Shown here in pieces: positions 1 to 10,774 of a stretch of DNA of 64,000 nucleotides. Position 1 is the stretch's first letter. Each line of letters opens with the position of its first letter. Origin of the DNA: Tetramitus jugosus (Eukaryota > Protista > Heterolobosea); NCBI GenBank assembly GCA_937625935.1, contig OW569367.1, positions 372,001 to 436,000 of the forward strand. Reading direction: 5' to 3'. The position numbers and the translations under genes were made by a program. The notes under the pieces were generated by a model. The model saw only the letters and a program-made list of their open reading frames with translations. It had not been told where the DNA came from and searched no databases.

Positions 1-540
1 GACATTTTCTTCATACAAGGCAACACAAAGATCTCCGAGAACTGTCTCCTTGATCATCACCGGTAACAATGATGGACCAATAACTCTCCAATATGAATTT
101 ACTTGGACTAAGACCTAGTGCGGCGACCCACAAGCTAACTTTTCCAGTTATCCTACCTGTTAGTTTGATTTCGCTCGTTGGATTACAAAGTTCTTGAATG
201 ATTGGATAGTGTGTATCTGGGCACCACTTTGCGCATTTTCTCAGATAGTAGGTTCACAATCATATCACATGACAAATGCCTCGTTTCATCTTCAGCTGCT
301 AGTACGACAGTACATAGATGTTCTCCGAAACACTTGGTAAATGCCGCTCCAAGCACTTTTGTCACAGGCAAGTTGCAAATCTCCCAGATCACTCAGACCA
401 TGTATATAATACACACCAAGTGCACCCAGTTGGTTGAAGTTCAACTGCAATCAAACGAAAAATGCAATCCAATCTCATCTATGATTTCAGTGAACCGCCG
501 TATGACTCTCTTGAGTAATTCGGTCCGTTTATTGTGGCAC
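1..540 (-). pseudogene. Possible decayed non-LTR reverse transcriptase fragment (motifs 6-7/thumb)
   Basis: Minus-strand pieces ELLKRVIRRFTEIIDEIGLHFSFDCS (motif 6-like), then GALGVYY in another frame (motif 7-like, same ALG variant as at 48.26 kb). Interrupted by stops and frameshifts. Confidence 0.35.
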
Positions 541-572
541 TGATACTTTCCGCGATCGTGAGTTGGTTGGCT

Positions 573-1793
573 ATGTACCTCTACTCCCTCATAGTAAACG
601 TTGGTACTTCTGTGGTGACTGGCGTGGTTATCTGCTCTGTTGGCTATTTTCTGCATCCCTCCATCCTCAGCTATATCACACGAGCAAGAAGATGGAAGCC
701 CCCGAGAGAAGACAAGGAGACAGAGCTCGTGCAGCTCTTCAGTCTATTCGGTAGCTTCGCACAAGTAACGAGCAAGTTGCACGATGTCATACAGTTATCA
801 AACATTCTATATGCGGCGGCCACTCTTCACTTGGATGGATCGGTGTACATCTGGACGTGGACCAAGAACACGTTCGGGGTCGACCGACACCTGGTGCCCT
901 TGCGTGCGTTCATGGCACACGACGAGCGAGTGACGAAGCTGATATGTGGCCAGTATCTGGTTGTTCTCACGTCTAAGAAACGCATTCTCTATGTACACAT
1001 CAGATTCTACTATGAGGGAGATGGTAAGGATAAATGCGTTTTCCACTCCCTTTCCTGTGTCAAGGAGCTCATGGAGGCGTCAGGCCGAGCTGAGGACATA
1101 CTGATGCCAGTAAAATCAGGCCTCGAAATTCTGTGGCGCACCAACAAACAAATCTTCTTCGTGCGGTACCCGGACAGTAGACAACAATTGTTGTGGTGTT
1201 TTCCCAGTGAGTCTCGTGGCGCTCTGATCGTCTGCACAGCAATCGTACAAAAATGTGTGCTAGTGGTAATGAGCGATGAACCAAGCCATATACTGAGGAT
1301 CTATCCCTTTGTCCTCGAGGCGTACCCATGGATAGCAACAGTACCAGTCATTAATATCACAAGTGACGGCATCAATTCACTTGTCGTCAATCTGGCAGAC
1401 AACACTGTGCTCGTGCTAGAGGTGACCGACCGATATCGTTTCAAGAAGCGATATGTGTTTAACGACAACGGTGGAATGCAGGTTCGTGTCACGAACAACG
1501 CTTGTGTCATCATTGACGACAAGGCTGGGACCATTGAAATGTGGAAAAAGCCCTGGCAACCGTGGTGGTACTACAGTTGGCACCCAGAGACAGTGGAACT
1601 GGCAAACAATATGTACGACGAATACAAGGAGCGCACCATTTCGAAATTAGATTCTGCCGGTAAATGGCTCGTGTACCTCCCTGAGAGTTCAATATGGGTG
1701 CCCATGGGACGTATCGCTCTGTATCGGGGCATTTTTCTTCACGACACACTCCTACGGGGTGTTCTTCACGACACTGACATTGTTTTTCAATGA
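573..1793 (+). CDS. Hypothetical protein with hydrophobic N-terminus and beta-rich body
   Basis: Long ORF (534 is GTG; first ATG at 573). N-terminal TM-like segments. No recognised family. Confidence 0.55.
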   Translation: MYLYSLIVNVGTSVVTGVVICSVGYFLHPSILSYITRARRWKPPREDKETELVQLFSLFGSFAQVTSKLHDVIQLSNILYAAATLHLDGSVYIWTWTKNTFGVDRHLVPLRAFMAHDERVTKLICGQYLVVLTSKKRILYVHIRFYYEGDGKDKCVFHSLSCVKELMEASGRAEDILMPVKSGLEILWRTNKQIFFVRYPDSRQQLLWCFPSESRGALIVCTAIVQKCVLVVMSDEPSHILRIYPFVLEAYPWIATVPVINITSDGINSLVVNLADNTVLVLEVTDRYRFKKRYVFNDNGGMQVRVTNNACVIIDDKAGTIEMWKKPWQPWWYYSWHPETVELANNMYDEYKERTISKLDSAGKWLVYLPESSIWVPMGRIALYRGIFLHDTLLRGVLHDTDIVFQ

Positions 1794-1867
1794 AACTGTT
1801 GCTTGTATGTGTCATCAGTACTTGGCACTGGCTTCGCTGCTACTGAAAGAGTAACAGCGCAAATATA

Positions 1868-2791
1868 TCACAATTCTCTACATAACAGAGACCGATGCTT
1901 CATTCGAATGGACACAATCTGCTGACCAATGACAGATATGGCAGGATAATACTCTATATCTTGTGTGGGAATATCTGATATAGTGTGAAAGTATTCATTG
2001 TTCCTGAAGAGACACATGGATGCAGTCTTTGAGTTGGTCAGATTCTTCAGATCGAGCTTAATAGCAATCGTGTCACCTGTGTTGAACTCAATTCTTTTCA
2101 TGAGCCAAATAGGTGTTATTGACATTTGTGTATGAGTTGAATGTACACTAATATTATAGCTGACGCCTTGACTGTTCAAACCAATCACTTTGTTGTATCC
2201 TACTTCAGTAAACGCATACGAACTTCTTTCAATTCCAACGAATATTCGATAACCATTGTCATCACTATTGTCATAATAATCCAGAGTGTACTCCCAACAA
2301 TGAATCATTCCCATTTCAAGTTTTCTATCAGTCCGCACCGTGTTCCAATCACTATACTTCTCACATGATATTGTCTTGTTATTGTTGTGCAGCTTGATGC
2401 TAGTATCAGATGTTCTGGAATCCGGAGCCCATTTCATCATGCTTGCTTCACGAACCAATTCTCTCCACATGTTTGGTGGACCATCAACAGCTGTTCTTTC
2501 TTCATTTGTCATCTCATCTTCACCAGTGCAGGTTTTCACCTGCTTTCTCACCTGTTCTTGCATGAACTGTTGCATTGCTTCTTGGTTATGGTTGAACACG
2601 AGTTGTCTGGCCACAGGTTGCCACACAAAATGATCAGCCTCTGGACTCAACACCAAGGTTGCACCATGTTGACAACTCAAAGAAACTCGATACAGATCTT
2701 GAATGTTCAAGAAGGTCAAAATGGACATTTGGAGATCAGATGAAAACAACTCAAATAGATTGAGAGTACCACGCGGTTCAAATGATTTCAT
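1868..2791 (-). CDS. F-box + SPRY/B30.2-like protein
   Basis: LFELFSSDLQMSILTFLNIQDLYRVSLSC (F-box); C-terminal SPRY-like WEY..IFVGI..GDTIAIKLDL..YYPAISV. Confidence 0.8.
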   Translation of the reverse strand: MKSFEPRGTLNLFELFSSDLQMSILTFLNIQDLYRVSLSCQHGATLVLSPEADHFVWQPVARQLVFNHNQEAMQQFMQEQVRKQVKTCTGEDEMTNEERTAVDGPPNMWRELVREASMMKWAPDSRTSDTSIKLHNNNKTISCEKYSDWNTVRTDRKLEMGMIHCWEYTLDYYDNSDDNGYRIFVGIERSSYAFTEVGYNKVIGLNSQGVSYNISVHSTHTQMSITPIWLMKRIEFNTGDTIAIKLDLKNLTNSKTASMCLFRNNEYFHTISDIPTQDIEYYPAISVIGQQIVSIRMKHRSLLCREL

Positions 2792-2898
2792 TTCTATTGC
2801 TTGTTGTTTTCTCGTTGAAGTTCGCAGCGAGCGAAATTGAACATGCTTCGTTTATTTTCTTGCGGCTAAGAGGACTCTGTATTCGGTTGTGCCCTGTT

Positions 2899-4170
2899 TC
2901 ATTTGAGGTTGATATCGGTGAGTGCTTTGACCGCTAATTCATAGGAGCAATGTTCCATCAATACGCGGTCAATGGCGTCTGAATCGATATCCTTGAATTG
3001 CTTGCATAACTTTGACAATAGACGAGGTTTTATCGTGTCCCAAAACGCTAGTACTTCGCTTCGCGTTGTGTAGTTCTCCTTGTATTTGACTTCTTGTTCT
3101 TCGCTTGACAAACTCTTGAACGATGCATAAAATGTTTCTTGCTCTTCATATTCTTCTTCGCTATACTCGGGGGCATGGAAAGTCTCAATCTTTTCATGAG
3201 CTACAAAAGTTTCTGTCTTAATAATAAATCCACCTTTGGTCTGAACCAACTCGAAAGATGGCTGTGAAGCCGAAAGCATCTTTAATGCTTGATTACGTGT
3301 GCGTATACGAGAGGAGTACGCTCCGGAAACAACATAAGGATGGTGTCGACGTGTCGCAACTTTGCTGCTTGGTACAGGTCGAGCAACTGAAGGTGATATT
3401 GAGCTTGCGGAGGCAAAAGCTAATGGGGATAGTCCGTTCATGAATATTGGTGGTGTTGTATGTGATGATGCCGCACCGTTTCTACCAGTTGCTTGTTGGA
3501 GTTGATAAAGCCTTTGTTGGTCAACCATGTTCATAGAGGTCAGTTGTGGTTGTCTCTGTTGTACAGAGAGGGCTTGTTGGCGCGCCAAAAGTGGATTTGC
3601 ATTACCAGTTATTGTTGTTCCTGCTGCTGGTGAGTTTGCAGTACTAGCAGTCAATTGTTGTTGTTCTTTTTGCTGCCGTTGTTGTCGCTGAATTTGTTGA
3701 ATGTAGGCTGTGAGTCCTTCAATAGTATCTCTCATTTGTTGTTTTTGATGAGGGTCCGATTTCTTGTACCTGAGCAATAGCTCTCGGATTTGATCCTTGC
3801 TCATTCTATGCAGTGCTAATGATTCTTGTTGTGCTGGTGATGGTGCACTGGCACTGCTGCTACTTGAACTTTCATCAACAATGACATTCATTGTGCTTTT
3901 ATCTGCCGCATTTTCCTGTTGTTGTGTTGCTTGAACTTGTTGTTGTTGCATGAATCGAGTAAAGGCTCCCCCATATGGTTTGGTCAACTCCTTATACTCT
4001 TCATCGAATCGTTGTTTGGTGCAGTGACCTGCTTTCATTCGATGCATCAGAGTGGTCAGTTTTGAAAAGTCCTTTGGTGAGAGAGTGCGTTTCAACATGA
4101 GAAGCTTCTCATGCGCACGTGATGAAACCTCAGATGTCGACCCATCTGCTGATGAAGGTTGATGGTTCAT
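2899..4170 (-). CDS. Gln-rich protein with C-terminal CUE/UBA-like domain
   Basis: 423-aa ORF ending LSKLCKQFKDIDSDAIDRVLMEHCSYELAVKAL (CUE-like). Confidence 0.65.
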   Translation of the reverse strand: MNHQPSSADGSTSEVSSRAHEKLLMLKRTLSPKDFSKLTTLMHRMKAGHCTKQRFDEEYKELTKPYGGAFTRFMQQQQVQATQQQENAADKSTMNVIVDESSSSSSASAPSPAQQESLALHRMSKDQIRELLLRYKKSDPHQKQQMRDTIEGLTAYIQQIQRQQRQQKEQQQLTASTANSPAAGTTITGNANPLLARQQALSVQQRQPQLTSMNMVDQQRLYQLQQATGRNGAASSHTTPPIFMNGLSPLAFASASSISPSVARPVPSSKVATRRHHPYVVSGAYSSRIRTRNQALKMLSASQPSFELVQTKGGFIIKTETFVAHEKIETFHAPEYSEEEYEEQETFYASFKSLSSEEQEVKYKENYTTRSEVLAFWDTIKPRLLSKLCKQFKDIDSDAIDRVLMEHCSYELAVKALTDINLK

Positions 4171-4546
4171 TTTTTGGTTTGTTTTTTGTTTTGGAGTGTG
4201 AAAGAGTTGTGTGGAGGATGTTTTTGGTTTTTCAGGGCTCCTTCAAATCATCGTCGGGGAAATCGGATGGATTTTCCTTCTTTATCTTATCGGTTGAAAA
4301 ATGCAGTACAAACATGTGGAGATCGTTGGTGGAAGTTGGATGAGTCAATCAAACATCCAATATAGGTTGGATGTGGTATTTACTACTCGTTCCTGATATC
4401 TGAATCAATGTTCTCGAATTGATCTGTGGTCAACACAACTTCGACAAATGTCATGCAAATCCCAAGTACCTCGCCTGTTGACCATGGAAGCAATTAAATC
4501 TTGATACAATGGTTTTAGTCGATGTTTTAGCTTTTCTGATTGCACA

Positions 4547-5860
4547 TTAAGTAATGTCTTGAGTGCAAGTGAAACAAGGGATCGCTCTTCGCAGTAAATT
4601 ACACAGTCGCATTCCCAGGTTGATCTGCGGTAAGAAGTTTGAACGCTGATTCACATCATCGGAAAACTCTTCGAAAAAGAATGGACAATTCGAGTTGGTT
4701 GAGTTAATTATCTCATTAATCTGTATGACCGCCAAAATTCGAACTGCTACCAACGATCTCCACATGTTTGGTGAATTACCAACAATTCTGTCCCTCTTCT
4801 CTTTGTTGTATCCATAACGAGTGGCCACCAACTTCCACACGTACTCATCTGCTTCTGGACTCAACACCAAGTGTGCGCCCTCTTTACAACTCAATGATAT
4901 GTGATACAGATCTCGAATGTCCAAGAATGTCAACATGTGCATTTGCAGGTCACATGACAGCAATTCAAAGATATTCGGACCGTATTGTACGTTTGCGGTT
5001 TTGTTTTGTTTGGTTCCCATTCCTTTTGATGGTTGTTGATGTTTTTTTGAAGTTCTTGCTTTAGATGAACTGGATAAGTTAATGGTCTGTTCTGAATGTT
5101 GGTGGTGTGGTATGTAGTTGCTTTTGTTGTCCACTGCCAAAAACATCTTCGCATCAGGTTGTTGGTTCTCATGCGCAACAGATTTTGTTGGGGAATCATG
5201 TTTAAATCGGCATTCAGTTGCCGTTTTTGTACAGAAAGTGGGTATGAGGCTTGTTGGTGCATCATCATTAGTAGATGCGCATTTCCTGTCTTGAGTGGGA
5301 AACAAGCGATCATTCTGCGGGACACCATCATTGTCACATTTATCAGCACCGACAAAAGTTTGTGTATTCATCAATCCATTATTGGTCGGAGCCAACTCAA
5401 TAGATACTGGCAAAGTTGAAAGCATTGTTAGTACTTGATTACGTGTGCGTATCCTACCTGAGGAATCTGCTCCTGATACATCTTATGCATCGTTCATGAG
5501 TTTATCCAGTGAAGAACAAGAAGCCAAATACAATGAGAGCTATACTACACGCACTGAAGTAACTATGTAATTTTTCCAGATCACCACCTCTACCACGGAA
5601 ATGAAGTGACATCATCATGCAGTTGGTTCTTGAACATGGCATTGTTGTTCCTTGTTGATTCATTCTTTGTTGGAATATCGTGATAGGATTCAGTTGTCCA
5701 GTTGTGGTTGTTGTACAGAGAGTGGGAATCCTGGAGTTTGATGGCGTAAATAGAGGATTTGTAGTTCCCGTTCTTGTCGCAGCTCCTGCTGATGAATTTG
5801 CAGTAGTCACGTGCGCAGCAGCCAATGAAATGTATCGAGTGCGTTACATTACCACAATCC
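4547..5860 (-). pseudogene. Degenerate/chimeric duplicate of the Gln-rich gene and the F-box gene
   Basis: 5430-5820 resembles 3285-3650 at DNA level (shared cttgattacgtgtgcgtat). ORF 4547-5425 begins with the paralogous MLSTLPVSIELAPTNNGLMNTQTFV and contains F-box IFELLSCDLQMHMLTFLDIRDLY..VLSPEADEYVW..PNMWR, but no SPRY. Confidence 0.65.
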
Positions 5861-5986
5861 AAATCAAAAAAAAAGGTTGATGATAAAAATTTACATCGAT
5901 TCCTGAGGGTCAGAATATCACCTTGTACAGAGCAGTAATAAAGACAGCTTGGAATGTTTTATTATTTATTTAAATGTACGTTGTAT

Positions 5987-6379
5987 TCACTTTCTATTTA
6001 CTCTGGGTTGGTTGGGAAAATCTCTCTCTGGTAGACTCTTTTTTGGTTTTTGGGAAGGAAATGCATGAAACTCACGGGTTCTAACATTTTGAACAACACG
6101 AACCCAAGTATACAGCTCGTTTGGTCCTATCTGCTCATAGACATTAAGATAATAGGCTATTGATCTTCCGTGATCTTTATCGGATGTATCGTAATGGTAT
6201 GGAACATTTTCCATTGCCAACCTGTTGATGTATACCTCTGGCCCAATTCCTTGGGGGAATTGAGTCTTGCCAGTATCCACGCCTTCTTGATAGGTGTGAG
6301 GACTTTGTAATCCTTCGTTGATTTTTGGTCTTTTGGACCTTAGTTCTTTTGTTGTTGCAAACTCGTGATCGTAAACCAT
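5987..6379 (-). CDS. Small protein resembling polymorphic-toxin RNase domains (Ntox50/EndoU-like)
   Basis: 130-aa ORF with KINEGLQSPH..GKTQFP..QIG..TWVRVV..HAFP pattern. The ORF is plausible; the fold call is tentative. Confidence 0.4.
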   Translation of the reverse strand: MVYDHEFATTKELRSKRPKINEGLQSPHTYQEGVDTGKTQFPQGIGPEVYINRLAMENVPYHYDTSDKDHGRSIAYYLNVYEQIGPNELYTWVRVVQNVRTREFHAFPSQKPKKSLPERDFPNQPRVNRK

Positions 6380-7053
6380 TTATTATGTCATTAGAAAACA
6401 TTCTCGGTTGACCGGTGGACGTGGGTGAGACTGCCGCACGTACAGTCGGAGAATTATCCCAAAGAGATACAGTAGTCGGTGTAACGCTCGGAACTCAATG
6501 GACTAAAAAATTCACCACTACTGAGATAATTATCTGCCCAAGCAGACAAGAACTCGACCAAGATACACTTATTCGCTATTTTACTCAGGTATTCTATACA
6601 CCTTTGATAATAACACTACCAAATACATCATCCATAGTCACAGTCTTGACTTATTTCTTGAACTCGAGAATGAACCGAAACTATTGAAACATGGACTAGA
6701 AACACTTAAGCCATTGTTGGAGACAATCCTTTTTACAGACACAGGAGACACGACACAGTCAAGCACATGAAAAATTCGCCATTTTCCGTGTCAACCCTTG
6801 ATGTTTTTCTTCAAGCAAAGTCTGGAACACCAGATTTTGGCGGCAAAAACGATTACGAAAAATCAAGACTACAACTTTTTTCTTTGGTATTCATGTGAGC
6901 AATTCAAACATGCCTTGATTGATGTGAGTAAGGTGTTATGACGTACGTGTCCACGAGAGTTCATTTTTTTCAGAATGCTATCCCTTCCAGATAAGAATCA
7001 GGACAATTTGAACCCGACCGCATTGCCTCATTTATTCAGACATTGATGCATCA

Positions 7054-10000
7054 ATGTCTCGGAAAGAAAGATTGCAGATATCGATCAGGGTATCGATAGC
7101 AAAAACCATGTCACACAAGGATATTCTATACAGACTTTGTCTTCTAACTATTGCAGCACTTTTTCTTGCTGTTCATTGTTTTCCAACACCTATTCAATGT
7201 TATGACAACATCTCGTTCGGTAAAGTTGAAATCATTGATGATGTAGTTGATCACTATCAAGTCACTGGAATTAAAGTTTACAATCAATCAACCATTTATC
7301 GATCCTTCCAAAACAAGGATGCTCCCACTGGAAATTTCACTAAGAAGACTATCCTTGCCAAATACGATGCAATGAGAGAGGAGTACAAGTGGATGATTGA
7401 GATTGACACAGGAAATGTTCACTTGGTTCCCATCTTCTTGCCTTGTTGTGATGAGAGAAGTGTTATTGTGGTGTTTCCAAACTGCACCACCAACATTCCT
7501 CCTTTCCATACGAGATTGAGAGGTGATGATAGACCTTACACGTTGATGATAAAGTTGAATCAACTTGGAGTTGTTGTTTGGAGCAAGACGATTAATGCAA
7601 CAGCGACGAACACTGGTGGAGTAGTGACCACTGATGCCAACATTGTTTGTGATGGAACAGAAGATATTATTTATCTCCTTGGTCCTGTGAATCAAACCAT
7701 CCCCTTCGATTGCGGTAGTTCTCAACAATCCATTTCTGCCACAAATTTTATCTCACGATTCAGTCACGAAGGGTTTTGTAAGTGGGCTACAGCAACAGCC
7801 ATTGTTTTCACATCTCTTGCCTCCAGTTCCACAGGTGTTGTTGTTGTGGGTGTGACCTCAACAGTTGACTATGAACAATTGTTTGTAACAAAATTGGATC
7901 CTATTCAAGGCTCGATAGTGGCAACTCTTAATCTTAGTCAGGAATATCTTGCTTCTATTCTGCTTGGAGCCTCTCTGAACGATCAAGGGTCCCTAACTCT
8001 TATCATCTCAAGTCAACCCTCTGACTATCAATGCGTGGAACGACTGGATATAGATACAATTAATATGACGAGGATTCCTCCATCGAATGGATCAACATAT
8101 TGTTTTCAACCAAAGAGAGATATTATCGACATGGATTACGGTCTTCATGAATCCTTTTATTTTGCTGGCTCTATGTTCCTACCGGAAATAGGGACGACAC
8201 AAGCTTTTGTTGCGAAATGGAACACAACTGACATGAATGTTGATTTACTGTCGGTGCGCAATAATATTTCTGCTATTGGTTTGCAGGTATCAGTTGGATA
8301 TGATGGTTGTATCTCTGTTATGGGTCGCAGTTATTCCCCTCTATCAGTTGCCATTCCTAATAATCGAGTACTCTCCAGTAACACAACTTTCAACTATATT
8401 GCAGAAATTTTGGATCATCCTCCCATTTATTGCTTTGGTTATGAATCCTACAACCCAAGTAGTTGTAGCGGCAGGGGAAGATGTGTAGCTATGGATGTAT
8501 GCATATGTGATACGGGATATTACAGTTCCGACTGTCAGTCTACAAGCTGCAATGGTGTTTCGTCCTCTGATCCAAGTGCTTGCAGCGGAATAGGGCATTG
8601 TAAAGAGCACAATTCGTGTTTGTGTCCTATGGGTTACAGTGGAAGTTCCTGTGAAGAGTCCGATGTGTCAATTGTTTCCCTCGGCTCCAACGCGATTGAA
8701 AGACAACTTTTTGAAGATACATGGATCTTGAATGCAACGATTAGCTATGCAGGGCTTTCGCCTCTAAAGGCCAATGTTCTATTCATAGTAGTGAATCTTG
8801 ATGCAGATAATCAACATATGTATAATGTGTCTTACACTTTTCAGTCATCCCTTCAATCCATTCCATGGAATGTAACAGGAATTGTACTAAACCACAGTTA
8901 TCTTGCAAGAGTAATCATTCAAATTGATCAGACGACAAATTGGATCTCATCTGAAGAAATGTATGTACGGGCAGTCGGAAAACCTCAAATTAAACCTCTC
9001 ACAGTCACTCCAAAGAGTGGTGCAATGTTGATTGACCACTTCCTGTTGAGTACGAATAGTAGTGATTCACGGGATTTGGTGTATAACTTTGGTTACTTCG
9101 ATGGAAACAACAATCGAGTGTTTTTGTACTTCAACAGACCAGTTCCAAACCTAAACATCACAATTCCTATTCTTGGTAATGTCACTTTGTTCGTTCAAGC
9201 TGCACTTCAGAATGGAATTTACTCTGAATCAACCACAGTTGTCAGAGTGTATCAAGGTGAACCATCGAAAGTGACAAATGTTTTGACTGAACAAGCTAAT
9301 GATCTATCTCAGACCAATGGAACAGCATTTGAGTCGCAATTGACAACATACACCAACTCTTTAGTCACTTCTATTCAAATAATCACTTCGAATCAAACAA
9401 CTCAGTTGTTGAGCAACCTGATCAATATTATTCAATCGAAACAAGATGAATTGAGTACTGAAGTTCAAATTGAAACAATCAAGACAATCTCTCAGCAGTA
9501 CAATTATCTCTCAGAATCATCAACAGTTCAGACATCAATCATTGTGATGAAATCACTTCAAAGAAATGACTCAAAGATCAGTGACTCCATCACTGTTGCT
9601 CATAATTTGGCCAATGTCATGATTTCAACAAACAGTTCAAAGATCCAGAGAGAGGCTTTCTCATCGATGGTTAATGTATTGACTGGCAGAGTTCGTCAAA
9701 ATATGACCGATGGTCAAACAGAAGAGATTTCACTCCCAAATCTTGAAACAGTGATATCAAGACTAAATTCATCTTCTATTGACGGCAATACAACCGTACT
9801 TGTGAGACAACCATCTTCAAGTGGAACGAATACTAGTACCAAGTATGTTCAAATTGTGTTGAATCGTGATGCTCTATCTGATTCGGGAGTTGCTTTTGTT
9901 CAAGGACAAGTTGTAACAAATCCTCCAGATCAGTACTCGGACAAGTGTGACACCAGTGGGATCTCACCAACAGTCTCGACCATGTTATTCACAGAGAACC

Positions 10001-10542
10001 AACACAAAATTGAGTCCGTGGACTTTGTAACTGCATTGACTCAGTCCTCGCTTGAACTTCCCAGCATATCAACTATCCGCAAACATACCGACCAATATCA
10101 GTACACTTGCAAGTATTTGAACCGTGAGAGTAAACAATGGCTCGAAGATTCTAAAGTATGTCAAACTGAAGCACTCTCAAGAGATAACCAGACAAATAAC
10201 AATGTGGTTGTTCAATGCATTTGTTCTCAGTCAGTGAGTCACACAGTTTCATTGGATTATATTCAATCTTCTGAAACAGTTGAAAATGTGGATTCCTGCA
10301 CAAATCCATGCGGATGTTCATTGATCGAGAGAGGAGCTCATTCTAAAGGACTGAAACCTTATGCTATTGCTCTCATTGTGCTTGCCTGTTTGACTTTGGT
10401 GATTCTCACTGTAGCAATTCTTGCTGGCCTTGTGATCGCACTTAAACTGTTGAAGAGCACAAAACCAAAACACGAACTAAAGAAACCAGTGAGAGTTCCC
10501 ACAGATGACATTGAGAAGCGATTTGATTCCATGTATGACTAA
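7054..10542 (+). CDS. Single-pass surface protein with EGF-like repeats, REJ/GAIN-GPS-like region and C-terminal TM
   Basis: Signal-like segment after MSHKD; EGF repeats CSGRGRCVAMDVCICDTGYYSSDC and CSGIGHC..CLCPMGYSGSSC; GPS-like CKYLNRESKQW..C..VQCICS; TM AIALIVLACLTLVILTVAILAGLVIAL. Confidence 0.8.
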   Translation: MSRKERLQISIRVSIAKTMSHKDILYRLCLLTIAALFLAVHCFPTPIQCYDNISFGKVEIIDDVVDHYQVTGIKVYNQSTIYRSFQNKDAPTGNFTKKTILAKYDAMREEYKWMIEIDTGNVHLVPIFLPCCDERSVIVVFPNCTTNIPPFHTRLRGDDRPYTLMIKLNQLGVVVWSKTINATATNTGGVVTTDANIVCDGTEDIIYLLGPVNQTIPFDCGSSQQSISATNFISRFSHEGFCKWATATAIVFTSLASSSTGVVVVGVTSTVDYEQLFVTKLDPIQGSIVATLNLSQEYLASILLGASLNDQGSLTLIISSQPSDYQCVERLDIDTINMTRIPPSNGSTYCFQPKRDIIDMDYGLHESFYFAGSMFLPEIGTTQAFVAKWNTTDMNVDLLSVRNNISAIGLQVSVGYDGCISVMGRSYSPLSVAIPNNRVLSSNTTFNYIAEILDHPPIYCFGYESYNPSSCSGRGRCVAMDVCICDTGYYSSDCQSTSCNGVSSSDPSACSGIGHCKEHNSCLCPMGYSGSSCEESDVSIVSLGSNAIERQLFEDTWILNATISYAGLSPLKANVLFIVVNLDADNQHMYNVSYTFQSSLQSIPWNVTGIVLNHSYLARVIIQIDQTTNWISSEEMYVRAVGKPQIKPLTVTPKSGAMLIDHFLLSTNSSDSRDLVYNFGYFDGNNNRVFLYFNRPVPNLNITIPILGNVTLFVQAALQNGIYSESTTVVRVYQGEPSKVTNVLTEQANDLSQTNGTAFESQLTTYTNSLVTSIQIITSNQTTQLLSNLINIIQSKQDELSTEVQIETIKTISQQYNYLSESSTVQTSIIVMKSLQRNDSKISDSITVAHNLANVMISTNSSKIQREAFSSMVNVLTGRVRQNMTDGQTEEISLPNLETVISRLNSSSIDGNTTVLVRQPSSSGTNTSTKYVQIVLNRDALSDSGVAFVQGQVVTNPPDQYSDKCDTSGISPTVSTMLFTENQHKIESVDFVTALTQSSLELPSISTIRKHTDQYQYTCKYLNRESKQWLEDSKVCQTEALSRDNQTNNNVVVQCICSQSVSHTVSLDYIQSSETVENVDSCTNPCGCSLIERGAHSKGLKPYAIALIVLACLTLVILTVAILAGLVIALKLLKSTKPKHELKKPVRVPTDDIEKRFDSMYD

Positions 10543-10774
10543 AATAAAAGTGCCTGATCAGTCAGGCAAAGAAGTAGTTGTCTTCAAGCCTCTCATAGTC
10601 TGGATTCCCTTTTCTGTTCCATCTGGAACGACCAAAGGCATGTTTTTGTGATGTGTTGAATTGACAGAACGGTTGTCGATGTATTATTATCTTTTTCCCT
10701 GACACCTTTTTCAATAAGAGTTCATTTTGAAGGATGGAGTACATCTCCAAGCTTCAATTCCCATATCACACAGT

